The position numbers and the translations under genes were made by a program. A model generated the notes under the pieces. It ran no database searches. It saw nothing but the letters and a program-made list of their open reading frames with translations, and had not been told where the DNA came from. A stretch of 64,000 nucleotides of DNA from Candidatus Poribacteria bacterium (GTDB lineage: Bacteria > Poribacteria > WGA-4E > WGA-3G), in assembly GCA_965207855.1 (NCBI GenBank), contig OZ242310.1:1811600-1875599 (forward strand). The letters run 5' to 3'. Numbering within the stretch: position 1 is the first letter of the stretch; each line of letters begins with the position of its first letter. This document shows positions 27,163 to 36,935 of the stretch, piece after piece.

Positions 27163-28266
27163 TTGACGCAGAAGATTATGATAAATTTATATGGAGCAAC
27201 GTATGACAGAATACAACTACTGCGCCACGTCGGAGATGTGTCGCAAATCGCCCACGCCAAAATGTATCAATTGACGGATGGCAATGAAAAGGGTGTAGAG
27301 GCGATTGACTTCCGAACCGGAAGCGGTCTCAATTTTACTGTGCTGCCGAGCCGCGGGTTAGACATCTCTTACGCCGACTATCAAGGCGTTCCACTCTGTT
27401 GGCGTTCAAGTACGGGTGATGTCAATCCTGCATATTACGAACCCGAAGGCCTCGGTTGGCTACGCAGTTTCTACGGCGGCTTACTGACAACCTGCGGTAT
27501 GCGGCAAGTCGGCGTGCCGGGTGAGGATGACGATGAAGCATTAGGACTTCACGGGAGAGTTTCCAATATCCCTGCGAAAAACGTTTGGGTTGACAGCCGA
27601 TGGGAAGGGCACCGTTATATGTTATGGGCGCAAGGCAAGGTTAAAGAGACCGCTGCTTTGGGCGAACATCTCTCCCGCACACGTAGAATCTGGACAGAAC
27701 TCGGCTCCCGTACGTTGCATATTGAGGATATCGTTGAAAACTTGGGATACCAAGATTCACCACACATGTACCTCTTCCATATTAACGTTGGGTTTCCGAT
27801 CCTCACCGAGGACAGCGAACTAATTGCCCCCTCTTTGCACGTCACACCGCGGGATGAAACGGCCGCAGCAGGCTTGAATAACCATAACCTCTGTGAATCC
27901 CCAACTGTGGATTTTCAGGAACAGGCGTTCTATCACGAAATGGAACCCGACGTTGATAATCACATCCGTGTTGCGCTCGTAAATCGCAATTTTAACAATG
28001 GACAAGGTATCGGTGTGTCAGTACGCTACCATAAAACACAATTTCCAAACTTCGTTCAGTGGAAGATGTGCGGTGAAGGCACCTATGTTATGGGCTTAGA
28101 ACCCTCAAACTGTGGGGTAGAAGGTCGAGCAAAGGAGCGCGAACGCGGGACCCTACAGTATATTGAACCGGGTGGACGGAGACACTATGAAGTCGAAATC
28201 GGTGTGCTAACCTCCAACGAAGAAATTGATGAGTTCCAAGAAAGAATCGCAAAAACTCAAAATTAA
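27163..28266 (+). CDS. Hypothetical protein, possibly aldose-1-epimerase-like fold (DUF4432-like)
   Basis: 367-aa ORF; weak family resemblance only; start uncertain (TTG 27163, ATG 27178 or 27190); a hairpin plus T-run overlaps the start. Confidence 0.4.
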   Translation: MTQKIMINLYGATYDRIQLLRHVGDVSQIAHAKMYQLTDGNEKGVEAIDFRTGSGLNFTVLPSRGLDISYADYQGVPLCWRSSTGDVNPAYYEPEGLGWLRSFYGGLLTTCGMRQVGVPGEDDDEALGLHGRVSNIPAKNVWVDSRWEGHRYMLWAQGKVKETAALGEHLSRTRRIWTELGSRTLHIEDIVENLGYQDSPHMYLFHINVGFPILTEDSELIAPSLHVTPRDETAAAGLNNHNLCESPTVDFQEQAFYHEMEPDVDNHIRVALVNRNFNNGQGIGVSVRYHKTQFPNFVQWKMCGEGTYVMGLEPSNCGVEGRAKERERGTLQYIEPGGRRHYEVEIGVLTSNEEIDEFQERIAKTQN

Positions 28267-28308
28267 CACCCCATTTTCAATGGAAACGCAAATAAAAAGG
28301 AAAAACCA

Positions 28309-30351
28309 ATGAAAAGCTATTTGCCCTTACACATAATAGCGTTGCTACTGCTGACAACGTTCGTGTTCATCGGTTGTGGCGCGAAAGAGATAGCACCCCC
28401 AGACACCGCGGAAATACCTGCGACCCAAGAACCAGAGAAGACAGAGGAACCACACTCTCCTGAGGCGGAAATGACGGAGAAACCGCAAGCCCCCGAAACT
28501 GATGCGGATGACGAACCACATTCATCTGAAGCAGAGATGGCGGAGAAACCGCAGGCACCGGAACAAGAAACACTTCAAGAAACCGAACCTGAAGCGGCAA
28601 TGCCAACGGTGGAGATTCCGAGTGGTAGTGTCTTGCATTTAATCCCTGAGTCCACTTTAGGAGTCATTTATTGCCCCAGTTTGGCTGAATTGGATAATCG
28701 GATTAACATGTTAGCAGCCGACTTGCTACCCACGGCGGAGCCACCAGAGGTACTCGCCGGAATTTTGGCGGACGCTTTTGGTGCTGGGTTTGAAAGTCTT
28801 GACGAATTGGAGCAAATTGGGTTGGATATGAACCAAGACTTCGCAATCTTTATGACTTCCTTGAAGCCACCCGATCTCTCCGCAACCGTACATCTCACGA
28901 ACCCCGATGCTATGAAACAGGTGATTGATGCAGAGAGCGAAGGAACCGCACCCATAGAATATAAGGGTGTAACCTATTGGAATGCAGCCGGTGGCGGCGG
29001 GAGTTTCGCGATTATAGATAATGTTCTCGTTTTTACCCGATCCCCTGAGGTCTGTGAAAGCGTGATTGACACTTATAACAAAACGCAACTCTCCATCACA
29101 ACCAACCTAAACTATAATTCGTTCCTCACTGATGTTTCTGAAGGCTCCTCGCAACTCGCAGTCCACTTTGATTTTGAACCGATTGTATCTATCTTAAATC
29201 CTCGCCTTGAGAGTGGATTGGAAGGGTTAAAAGACAACCTTGAAAGCGATCCTACTACTATGGCAGCGGGCCCCTTCCTTGAAGGAATAATCAAAACATC
29301 TATAGGAATACTAAGTCAGGTGGAGTCTCTAAACGCGACCCTTGAAATTGAGGGAACCGATGTGCAACTTACTCAATTCTTTGAAATCAAAGATGGTGGC
29401 AAACTTCAGGATATATTGAAGCGGATGAAACCTCACACCTTGGCCCTTCTCAATGCGCTTCCCGATCCAGTGTTTATGAAAGGCAGTTTCCAAGCTGAAT
29501 CAGAGTTGCTGATTAAAATGAATATGTTTTGGCTAGAAATGTTTGCTCAAAACGCTACACCCGAGCAAAAAGTGGCACTTGAAACACTCGCTAAGCAGAT
29601 GGAGGCCCTTTATAAGTCTGTCGGTGATGAATGGGCGTTCACTGCAAATTACACTGAGAGTCTGCTTCCCGATTATTTATTCGTCTGTGAAGTTAAGAAT
29701 GAACAACAAGTGAAAACTTATTTGGAAGAGACTTTCCTGGAGCAGCTCCGTAACTCCGTGCAGATTATGCAAGACTTAACCAACAACATGCCACAGTTGA
29801 ATATGTATGATGGGGCACACATGGGTCACCCGATTATTCATAACGGCGTTGAGATTAAAAGTCTCGTCTTCCCGAATTTCGGTGCAGCTTTCGGAGAGAT
29901 GCCAGCACTAACTTCTGATCTGATGCCTAAGGAATGGAGTTGGTACTACGCTCTCTATGAAAGCCAACTCCTACTCGCTATAGGGAGTCCTGAACCTGTT
30001 AAGAAGGTGTTGGATCAGAAAACACAAACTGCCGCGTCCACACTTGAAAATCCGAGTTATCAAAAACTCGTTGGAATGTTGGGAACCGACAACAATCTGC
30101 TTTTGGCAGTTTCTCCAATGACTGCAGCTAAAAGTTTCTTGCCTATTATAGCGAAAGCAGATCCAGATGCTGCTGCCCCTATACAAATGTTGTCAGGAAT
30201 GCTCATGAATATGCCAGAGACGTATAGCATCGGATTTTCTGCCAAAGCCCGGGAGCGCAGCATTGGCACTAAATTGCTGTTTACCCTTGGTGATTTCAAA
30301 CAACTTATCCAGATGGTTGCGATGATGCAGAACATGGGACAGATGCAGTAA
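28309..30351 (+). CDS. Hypothetical lipoprotein with acidic Pro/Glu-rich N-terminal tandem repeats
   Basis: Lipobox FVFIGCG; repeats 'EEPHSPEAEMTEKPQAPETD' / 'DEPHSSEAEMAEKPQAPEQE'; 680 aa. Confidence 0.7.
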   Translation: MKSYLPLHIIALLLLTTFVFIGCGAKEIAPPDTAEIPATQEPEKTEEPHSPEAEMTEKPQAPETDADDEPHSSEAEMAEKPQAPEQETLQETEPEAAMPTVEIPSGSVLHLIPESTLGVIYCPSLAELDNRINMLAADLLPTAEPPEVLAGILADAFGAGFESLDELEQIGLDMNQDFAIFMTSLKPPDLSATVHLTNPDAMKQVIDAESEGTAPIEYKGVTYWNAAGGGGSFAIIDNVLVFTRSPEVCESVIDTYNKTQLSITTNLNYNSFLTDVSEGSSQLAVHFDFEPIVSILNPRLESGLEGLKDNLESDPTTMAAGPFLEGIIKTSIGILSQVESLNATLEIEGTDVQLTQFFEIKDGGKLQDILKRMKPHTLALLNALPDPVFMKGSFQAESELLIKMNMFWLEMFAQNATPEQKVALETLAKQMEALYKSVGDEWAFTANYTESLLPDYLFVCEVKNEQQVKTYLEETFLEQLRNSVQIMQDLTNNMPQLNMYDGAHMGHPIIHNGVEIKSLVFPNFGAAFGEMPALTSDLMPKEWSWYYALYESQLLLAIGSPEPVKKVLDQKTQTAASTLENPSYQKLVGMLGTDNNLLLAVSPMTAAKSFLPIIAKADPDAAAPIQMLSGMLMNMPETYSIGFSAKARERSIGTKLLFTLGDFKQLIQMVAMMQNMGQMQ

Positions 30352-30363
30352 GTTCGCTCCTAA

Positions 30364-30400
30364 CTCGCCTACAAAATCTGTGGGCGAGTTTTTATTTTTA
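30364..30400 (+). terminator. Rho-independent terminator
   Basis: ctcgcctacaaaatctgtgggcgag followed by tttttattttt. Confidence 0.7.
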
Positions 30401-30762
30401 ATCATAACCCGAATTGCCACTTCACAATTCAATAGTTCTTCTGTAGGAGAGATTTGCGAATCTCGACTTCTGCTTACCGATGTACACCGATGTACAATGT
30501 ATAAGTAATTCTAAAATCTACCATAAATGACAATATTATCTTGCTTTCTTTTTTTCGTTATGCTATTATCGGCATATCATGAAGTATAGTTTTTTAAATT
30601 TAAGATATAGATATATTTAGTTTAATATAATTTTATCGGTTAAATTTGTGTTGTTTTACCAAAGTGGCAACTGAGGTTGTCATCGTTACGATAGATTATG
30701 TTAGAGGTCAACTGAACAGAAAAATTGACTGCTTTTAGGTATAGGAGGCTCGTGAATTATTT

Positions 30763-32043
30763 ATGAATAATCGAAAGTATCAACACCTATTCGGTTTCAG
30801 CGTCATGTTTTTACTAATTTTCTCTTTATTCGCTAATGCTGATACAACCGAAGAAACGACAGAAGCTGTTGAGACACCAGCACCTAAGAAAAGTCCTATA
30901 AAAATCGGCGGGGCGATGCGCGTGAACTACGCCTACGGTGCCTACGGAGATGCCGACAACCCACATCCGCGCGGCGAAAAAATCGGCGACGTGGACCTTG
31001 AGATTTTCCGGCTCAATGCCGACTTTGACTACAACAATATCATCAGCCGGCTTGAATACCGATGGTATGATGGCTACAGCATGGTACACACCGCATGGTT
31101 AGGGTATAAGCTTGGTGATTCCAGCACAATTAAAGCAGGTATTGTACGGGTACCCTTCGGTCCGACCGCCTACGGCGTTTCTACGAGTTGGTTTTTTGAC
31201 CAGCATTTTTATGTCGGACTCGCCGACGACATGGACTTAGGGGTCACATGGAATGATACCCTTGATAAGTTAACGTTTGACGTAGGCTACTATCTTACGA
31301 GTGAACCTCAGTTGGTAACGTATGGCAGTCTGGCGAGTTCGCGATATAGTTATGATGTCGTCAAGTGGGAGGAACACGCCGATGCCAAGGGAAAAGTCGA
31401 ATGGGGTGCGGGTGAAAATGGATATGATGAGCAACATCAATTTAACGCCCGTGCAATCTACGCCCTTGAAAACATCGGAGATATTGGCGTATCGCTTCAA
31501 TACGGATTGCTAAAGGGAACAAACGTGGGAGAGGATGATAGTGGTAACCACTATGCTGTCTCTGCTCATGCGAAGAATACTGTTGCGGATTTCACGCTTT
31601 TCTCGCAATTCTCCTATTACGCGCATAATATCACTGACGAAACTCCTTGGGGCACCGGGGACTTGATTCCGATGGGTGCTTATGACTTCGCCTGGCCTAT
31701 CGCCTCAACGGGGTTAATACCTGCACTCTCACTGCGTTATGGTGGGATAGATACTGCAGGCATCTCATGGATTGACAGCGTTACGCCTTATGCAGAATGG
31801 AGTACTATCCTTAAAACCGTAGATAACTACAACGCCAGTACCCTCGTGACAGTGGGTGCGAGCTGGACGGTCTTGGGTGCCCTGTATGTGTATAGTGATT
31901 TCGCACTGTCTAATGGCAACTTTTTTGTGGGTAACACTGAAGACGACTACGGGAATATCCTTACAGGGGTTAATCACGTTGGTGCCAACGGAAATAACAG
32001 GTGGCATTGGCGACTTAATTTCAACTTCGGTTATTATTTCTAA
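30763..32043 (+). CDS. Outer-membrane beta-barrel (porin-like) protein
   Basis: Signal peptide; alternating amphipathic beta pattern; C-terminal 'WRLNFNFGYYF' ending in aromatic residue. Confidence 0.5.
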   Translation: MNNRKYQHLFGFSVMFLLIFSLFANADTTEETTEAVETPAPKKSPIKIGGAMRVNYAYGAYGDADNPHPRGEKIGDVDLEIFRLNADFDYNNIISRLEYRWYDGYSMVHTAWLGYKLGDSSTIKAGIVRVPFGPTAYGVSTSWFFDQHFYVGLADDMDLGVTWNDTLDKLTFDVGYYLTSEPQLVTYGSLASSRYSYDVVKWEEHADAKGKVEWGAGENGYDEQHQFNARAIYALENIGDIGVSLQYGLLKGTNVGEDDSGNHYAVSAHAKNTVADFTLFSQFSYYAHNITDETPWGTGDLIPMGAYDFAWPIASTGLIPALSLRYGGIDTAGISWIDSVTPYAEWSTILKTVDNYNASTLVTVGASWTVLGALYVYSDFALSNGNFFVGNTEDDYGNILTGVNHVGANGNNRWHWRLNFNFGYYF

Positions 32044-32148
32044 GCGGCTATACGACCTTTCATCGTAAACGCGTTTTTGTAAGCGCGCTTTACACCGTGC
32101 GCGGTTGAGAACCGCCAAATCAACTCTAATAATAAGGAGAATTTTGAA

Positions 32149-33768
32149 ATGCACGAAGAAGGAAAACAACCACAGTATATGCAGGACAGGGAATATAAGA
32201 AGTTATTCGGTTTAGAGATTTACCTCACTCCAGTGTTCGTTATTTCCAGTATCGCAATTGTCGTTTTTATTATAGGTTCTCTCATTTTTCAAGAAGGAGC
32301 GACGAAACTCTTCGGAGATATTCGCGTCTGGCTCACCACCAACCTTGATTGGTTGTTCATGATCACTACCAATCTTCTTTTTCTTTTTTGTCTGGTCGTC
32401 GCGTTTTCTCCAATCGGTAAAGTGCGTCTTGGCGGGGCAGATGCGAAGCCTGAGTATTCCTACTTAACATGGCTTGCCATGCTTTTTGCTGCAGGTGTCG
32501 GTATTGGGCTTCTCTTCTTTGGCGTGTCGGAGCCGATTACCTATTTTCAGGGGGGCAGTTATTCGCCGCTGGGGATAGAAACGATTTACAACCCAGAGAC
32601 GGTCTACAACGCTGAAAATGTCCCCGACGCTGGGGAGCCCAAGGTTCAAGCGGCGGCTTCCTTGGGTATAGCGACGACGGTCTTCCACTGGGGACTACAG
32701 GGGTGGGCGATCTACGGTGTTGTTGGACTTGCGCTGGCGTTTTTCGCGTATAACCGAGGGTTACCGCTCCTCATTCGCTCCGCTTTTTATCCGGTATTCG
32801 GGGACCGGATCTGGGGCTGGCCTGGACACATCATTGATACCTTTGCCATATTCGCTGGCATCTTTGGGCTGGCAACCTCGCTCGGCTTAGGTGTGCAACA
32901 GATAACAGCCGGGCTTGACGACCTGTTTGGGATACCCGCGAACAATCTCACCATGGTCATACTAATCGTTGTGATTACAGCCATCGCCCTCGGATCGGTG
33001 ATCACAGGCATTAATGTCGGTATCAAACGGCTCAGCCAGTTCAACATCATTCTCGCCTTTTTGTTGTTGTTGGCTGTTATCGTTCTGGGACCGACGCTCT
33101 ATATTTTCCGCAGTTTCTTCACCGGGGTTGGCACGTATATCATGAAGATTGTGCCGCTCAGCAACTGGATCGGGCGCGAGGATACCGCCTTCTTTCACGA
33201 TTGGACGACCTTCTATTGGGCATGGTGGATCGCTTGGGCACCGTTTATCGGGACCTTCATTGCTCGGATTTCAAAAGGCCGCACGGTTCGTGAGTTTGTC
33301 CTCTTCGTCCTGCTTCTACCGACCTTACTGTGTCTAATTTGGTTTAGTGCCTTTGGTGGCACTGCGATCCACCAGTTCCTCACGGAGGGTTACACGGGCG
33401 TCACCGAAAAAGTTGAGATCTATAATTACGAACTTGCACTCTTCAAAATGTTTGAAGGTCTCCCGTTGACAACGCTGCTCTCGTGTATCGGTATGACGTT
33501 GACAATCATCTTTTTCGTTACTTCATCGGATTCTGGCTCTTTGATTATTGACATCATCGCAGCAGGCGGTAAGGTTGATGCTCCAGTGCCGCAACGGGTT
33601 TTCTGGTGTACTGCAGAGGGTTTGGTCGCCATTGCGCTTTTACTCGGTGGCGGTCTTAAGTCATTACAAGCGGCTTCCCTCGCGACGGGTTTTCCTTTCG
33701 CGATTGTGTTGTTGGGCATGGGAGTTTGTGTCTGGATCGGGCTTCGTAAGGAAGCACGTCAATCTTAA
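32149..33768 (+). CDS. BCCT family (betaine/carnitine/choline) transporter
   Basis: 'YWAWWIAWAPFIGTFIARISKGRTVREF' BCCT signature; 12 predicted TM helices. Confidence 0.9.
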   Translation: MHEEGKQPQYMQDREYKKLFGLEIYLTPVFVISSIAIVVFIIGSLIFQEGATKLFGDIRVWLTTNLDWLFMITTNLLFLFCLVVAFSPIGKVRLGGADAKPEYSYLTWLAMLFAAGVGIGLLFFGVSEPITYFQGGSYSPLGIETIYNPETVYNAENVPDAGEPKVQAAASLGIATTVFHWGLQGWAIYGVVGLALAFFAYNRGLPLLIRSAFYPVFGDRIWGWPGHIIDTFAIFAGIFGLATSLGLGVQQITAGLDDLFGIPANNLTMVILIVVITAIALGSVITGINVGIKRLSQFNIILAFLLLLAVIVLGPTLYIFRSFFTGVGTYIMKIVPLSNWIGREDTAFFHDWTTFYWAWWIAWAPFIGTFIARISKGRTVREFVLFVLLLPTLLCLIWFSAFGGTAIHQFLTEGYTGVTEKVEIYNYELALFKMFEGLPLTTLLSCIGMTLTIIFFVTSSDSGSLIIDIIAAGGKVDAPVPQRVFWCTAEGLVAIALLLGGGLKSLQAASLATGFPFAIVLLGMGVCVWIGLRKEARQS

Positions 33769-33884
33769 TAACAATTGGCTGTCAGCAGTGGACAGTCGGA
33801 AGAACGGTTGTCGGCAGTCGGTTAAGAGGTTTTGATTAAGTCAGCATCTCTTAGCCAACCGCCGAGATCCGAAAGCCAATAAAT

Positions 33885-34856
33885 ATGAACACAACAGAAC
33901 TTGAATTTGAGAGACCGTTCATTGAATTGGAACGTCATCTTGCACAATTGGAAGGCTTCGCGGAAACACATCCTGAGTTAGACCTGAAAGAGGGGATGGA
34001 TGCGCTAAAGCAGAATGCGGATACGCTTACAAAGCAGACGTTCCGAAATCTGAGTCGCTGGGATAAAGTACGCTTAGCGCGCCACGCGCAACGCCCGCAA
34101 GCCCCCTTCTATATCAACACGCTTCTTGAGGAACCTACCGAAATTCACAGCGATAAGTTATACGGCGACGATCGCGCCCTTATCGGCGGATTGGCATGGT
34201 TTGATGGGCAACCACTCGTTTATCTCGCACAGCAGAAAGGGACAAACCTTGAAGAGCGGCAGGAGATGAATTTCGGTTACACACACCCGGAAGGCTATCG
34301 CAAAGCGAGACGGTTAATGCAGCTGGCGAATAAGTTTAATCGTCCGTTACTCTGTTTTGTGGATACACCGGGAGCACACTTTGATCTTCGTTCCGAGGAA
34401 TACGGTCAAGCGATGGCGATCGCTGAGAACCTCGCTGAGATGATGGCACTGCGCGTCCCGATGCTCGTTGTGATTATCGGTGAAGGGGGCAGTGGTGGTG
34501 CGCTGGCAATTGCGGTCGGCAATCGCGTATTGATGATGGAGTACGCCGTCTACTGCGTCGCGCCACCTGAAGCCTGTAGCGGTATTGTGTGGAAGGACAA
34601 AGGCGAACATGCGCCAGAGGCGACCGAAGGTTATAAACCGACTGCCCCGGATCTACTCAAGTTAGGTATCATCGACCAGGTTATTCGTGAACCGCTCGGG
34701 GGCGCGCACAGAGATCCAGAAGCCGCAGCGCGCAGCGTCAGGCGTGCTATACGTAAACATCTTACCGAATTGATGCAGATGACACCGCAACAACTCATCC
34801 AACAGAGACATGAACGGTATCGCCACATCGGGCTTTACGGCGAAGATTCTGATTGA
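33885..34856 (+). CDS. accA: Acetyl-CoA carboxylase carboxyltransferase alpha subunit
   Basis: 'LEFERPFIELERHLAQLEG', 'LCFVDTPGAHFDLRSEEYGQAMAIAENL', 'GEGGSGGALAI'. Confidence 0.9.
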   Translation: MNTTELEFERPFIELERHLAQLEGFAETHPELDLKEGMDALKQNADTLTKQTFRNLSRWDKVRLARHAQRPQAPFYINTLLEEPTEIHSDKLYGDDRALIGGLAWFDGQPLVYLAQQKGTNLEERQEMNFGYTHPEGYRKARRLMQLANKFNRPLLCFVDTPGAHFDLRSEEYGQAMAIAENLAEMMALRVPMLVVIIGEGGSGGALAIAVGNRVLMMEYAVYCVAPPEACSGIVWKDKGEHAPEATEGYKPTAPDLLKLGIIDQVIREPLGGAHRDPEAAARSVRRAIRKHLTELMQMTPQQLIQQRHERYRHIGLYGEDSD

Positions 34857-34859
34857 GGA

Positions 34860-36005
34860 ATGAATGCAAGCGACATGAAGATCCGAACAATTACGACAGG
34901 CATTCCGCTCCCTTTTGCGCCGTATCAACTCGAACGCGCTGCGACGTTTAACGCCGCCTCTCAAACCTATTTTGAATCGAACGGCTATGAGGTTCAAACA
35001 ACACGGGTCAGCTGCCAAATCTGGGATGAAGCACGCGATATAGAAGCAATTCTTGGATTAGAATCCCGCGCGCAAGCATTGGGGATTGACTTCCTTAACT
35101 TAGGGACAATCTTACCAGGAAAACGATCCACGAAAATGCATCTCGCGCATGTCGCCGATGTGATTATCCAAAGTGAGGTGCTCTTTGCTACTGTCACCCT
35201 TACAACGCAATCTGGGCATGTGGCATCCGAGATTACTGAAAGCACAGCAGACATCATTCAACAGATAGCACATCGAACCGATGCTGGCTACGGAAATCTC
35301 CGCTTTGCAGCATTGATGAACTGCCCACCGAATACCCCCTTCTTTCCAGCAGCGTATTGGCAAGACACCCGGACAAACTTCGGTATCGGATGGCAGGCGA
35401 CGGATTTAGTGAATCAGGCGTTCACGGGTGCACAAAATTTAGAGACCGCCCTACAAAACCTGAAAATCCTAATGGAAACGGAAGGGCAAAAGATTGTCGA
35501 ACTCGCAGAGACGCTTGCACAGGAATGGGGTATAAAGTTTGTAGGCATAGATGTGTCACCCGCCCCAATGGGTGATGAAAGCATCGCTTATGCCATGGAG
35601 CAACAACTCCCCGGGTATTTTGGCGAACGCGGCACCTTAGCCGTCGCTGCAGGGTTGACACGCACACTCCAAACGCTCGACCTACCGCTCTGTGGTTACT
35701 CCGGATTAATGCTACCTGTCCTTGAAGATGTCGGATTGGGGGCGCGGAGTGAAGCTGGCTACTTTAACCTCGACAGTCTCCTCCTCTATTCTGCAGTTTG
35801 TGGTACCGGCTTGGATACGATTCCTATCCCCGGTGATGCTTCCACATCTCAGATCGCCGCTATTCTGACGGATGTCGCCTCGCTCTCTATACGGCTAAAC
35901 AAACCGCTATCGGTCCGCCTTTTTCCGGTTCCAGGATGTAACGCAGACTGCCTGACAGAATTTGATTCCCCCTATCTAACAAATACCACAGTGATGCAAA
36001 TATAG
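34860..36005 (+). CDS. UPF0210 / DUF711 family protein
   Basis: 'MKIRTITTGIPL' start; 'CGTGLDTIPIPGDASTSQIAAIL...RLFPVPG' parallels UPF0210 'CSVGLDMIAIPGDTPATTISAII...RVIPVPG'. Confidence 0.7.
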   Translation: MNASDMKIRTITTGIPLPFAPYQLERAATFNAASQTYFESNGYEVQTTRVSCQIWDEARDIEAILGLESRAQALGIDFLNLGTILPGKRSTKMHLAHVADVIIQSEVLFATVTLTTQSGHVASEITESTADIIQQIAHRTDAGYGNLRFAALMNCPPNTPFFPAAYWQDTRTNFGIGWQATDLVNQAFTGAQNLETALQNLKILMETEGQKIVELAETLAQEWGIKFVGIDVSPAPMGDESIAYAMEQQLPGYFGERGTLAVAAGLTRTLQTLDLPLCGYSGLMLPVLEDVGLGARSEAGYFNLDSLLLYSAVCGTGLDTIPIPGDASTSQIAAILTDVASLSIRLNKPLSVRLFPVPGCNADCLTEFDSPYLTNTTVMQI

Positions 36006-36150
36006 TCGATAATCCTCGGTTATAAATAGTACTATTTGGTTCTCCCATAGCGAATTGTGCTATCTCCTGATTGTTGATAACTGAACTAATTACCAACTTT
36101 TCTCTTGCCAATTGTCACGGCTTCTGATAAGATGATATGGATGGAATTGG

Positions 36151-36924
36151 ATGTCCGTTATCCACGCAATTGATACACATTGGAGGTACTTGACAATGTA
36201 TATGCGGCATTGGTTACAGAGCCCTTCAAGCCTAACGCACGGCAATATCATTAAACGCGAGATCTTTAGTAAGCGCAATGGAGACACTCCCGATAAAGAG
36301 GGCGCAATCCTAAACTATGTTGATAGTTTTTCGCGATGTTATCTGGAATCGAGAATCGCTTCAGTACCAACAGCATTGGAGGACCGGCAGCTAATCTTTT
36401 ATGTTGTTGATGGCACCGGAACGTTTGAGGCAGGAAACTTGAAACAGCCGGTCAGCGAAGGCGACGCAATCTTAGTTCCACCTGGACTTATACACGTCTT
36501 AAATAACCCAGAAAACGCACCGCTGGAATTCTTGATGTTGGAAGAGGTCGTCCCGGAGGGCGTAGAAGCACCCCTTAAAGACGCACTCATCCGAAATTAC
36601 CGGGAACGTCCTTTAGGACAGGGACATTGGACGCATCTCGTACACCCAATTTTCGGTCAAGATGACGGTTTGGTCGTTCTACATTCGATATTGGTGGTTC
36701 GGATTGAAGCGATGCAAACACCCGACACACACGGACACGGTCCGAATATGGACGAGGTCTGGTATATGCTGGAAGGCAACGGCATCCACGTCGTCAGCAG
36801 AAACGTTTATCGGCAAATGCCGGGCGATGCTGTCTCTGTGGCACCCTCAAACCCAGGACATACCCTCATCAACGATACAAACGAACCGCTCAAGACTTTT
36901 TACTTTGCACGGTATGATCGGTAA
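36151..36924 (+). CDS. Bicupin (two cupin_2 domains) protein
   Basis: 'VDGTGTFEAGNLKQPVSEGDAILVPPGLIHVLNN' and second 'EGNGIHVVSRNVYRQMPGDAVSVAPSNPGHTLIN'; start may be a downstream Met. Confidence 0.6.
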   Translation: MSVIHAIDTHWRYLTMYMRHWLQSPSSLTHGNIIKREIFSKRNGDTPDKEGAILNYVDSFSRCYLESRIASVPTALEDRQLIFYVVDGTGTFEAGNLKQPVSEGDAILVPPGLIHVLNNPENAPLEFLMLEEVVPEGVEAPLKDALIRNYRERPLGQGHWTHLVHPIFGQDDGLVVLHSILVVRIEAMQTPDTHGHGPNMDEVWYMLEGNGIHVVSRNVYRQMPGDAVSVAPSNPGHTLINDTNEPLKTFYFARYDR

Positions 36925-36935
36925 AAGGAACAACT

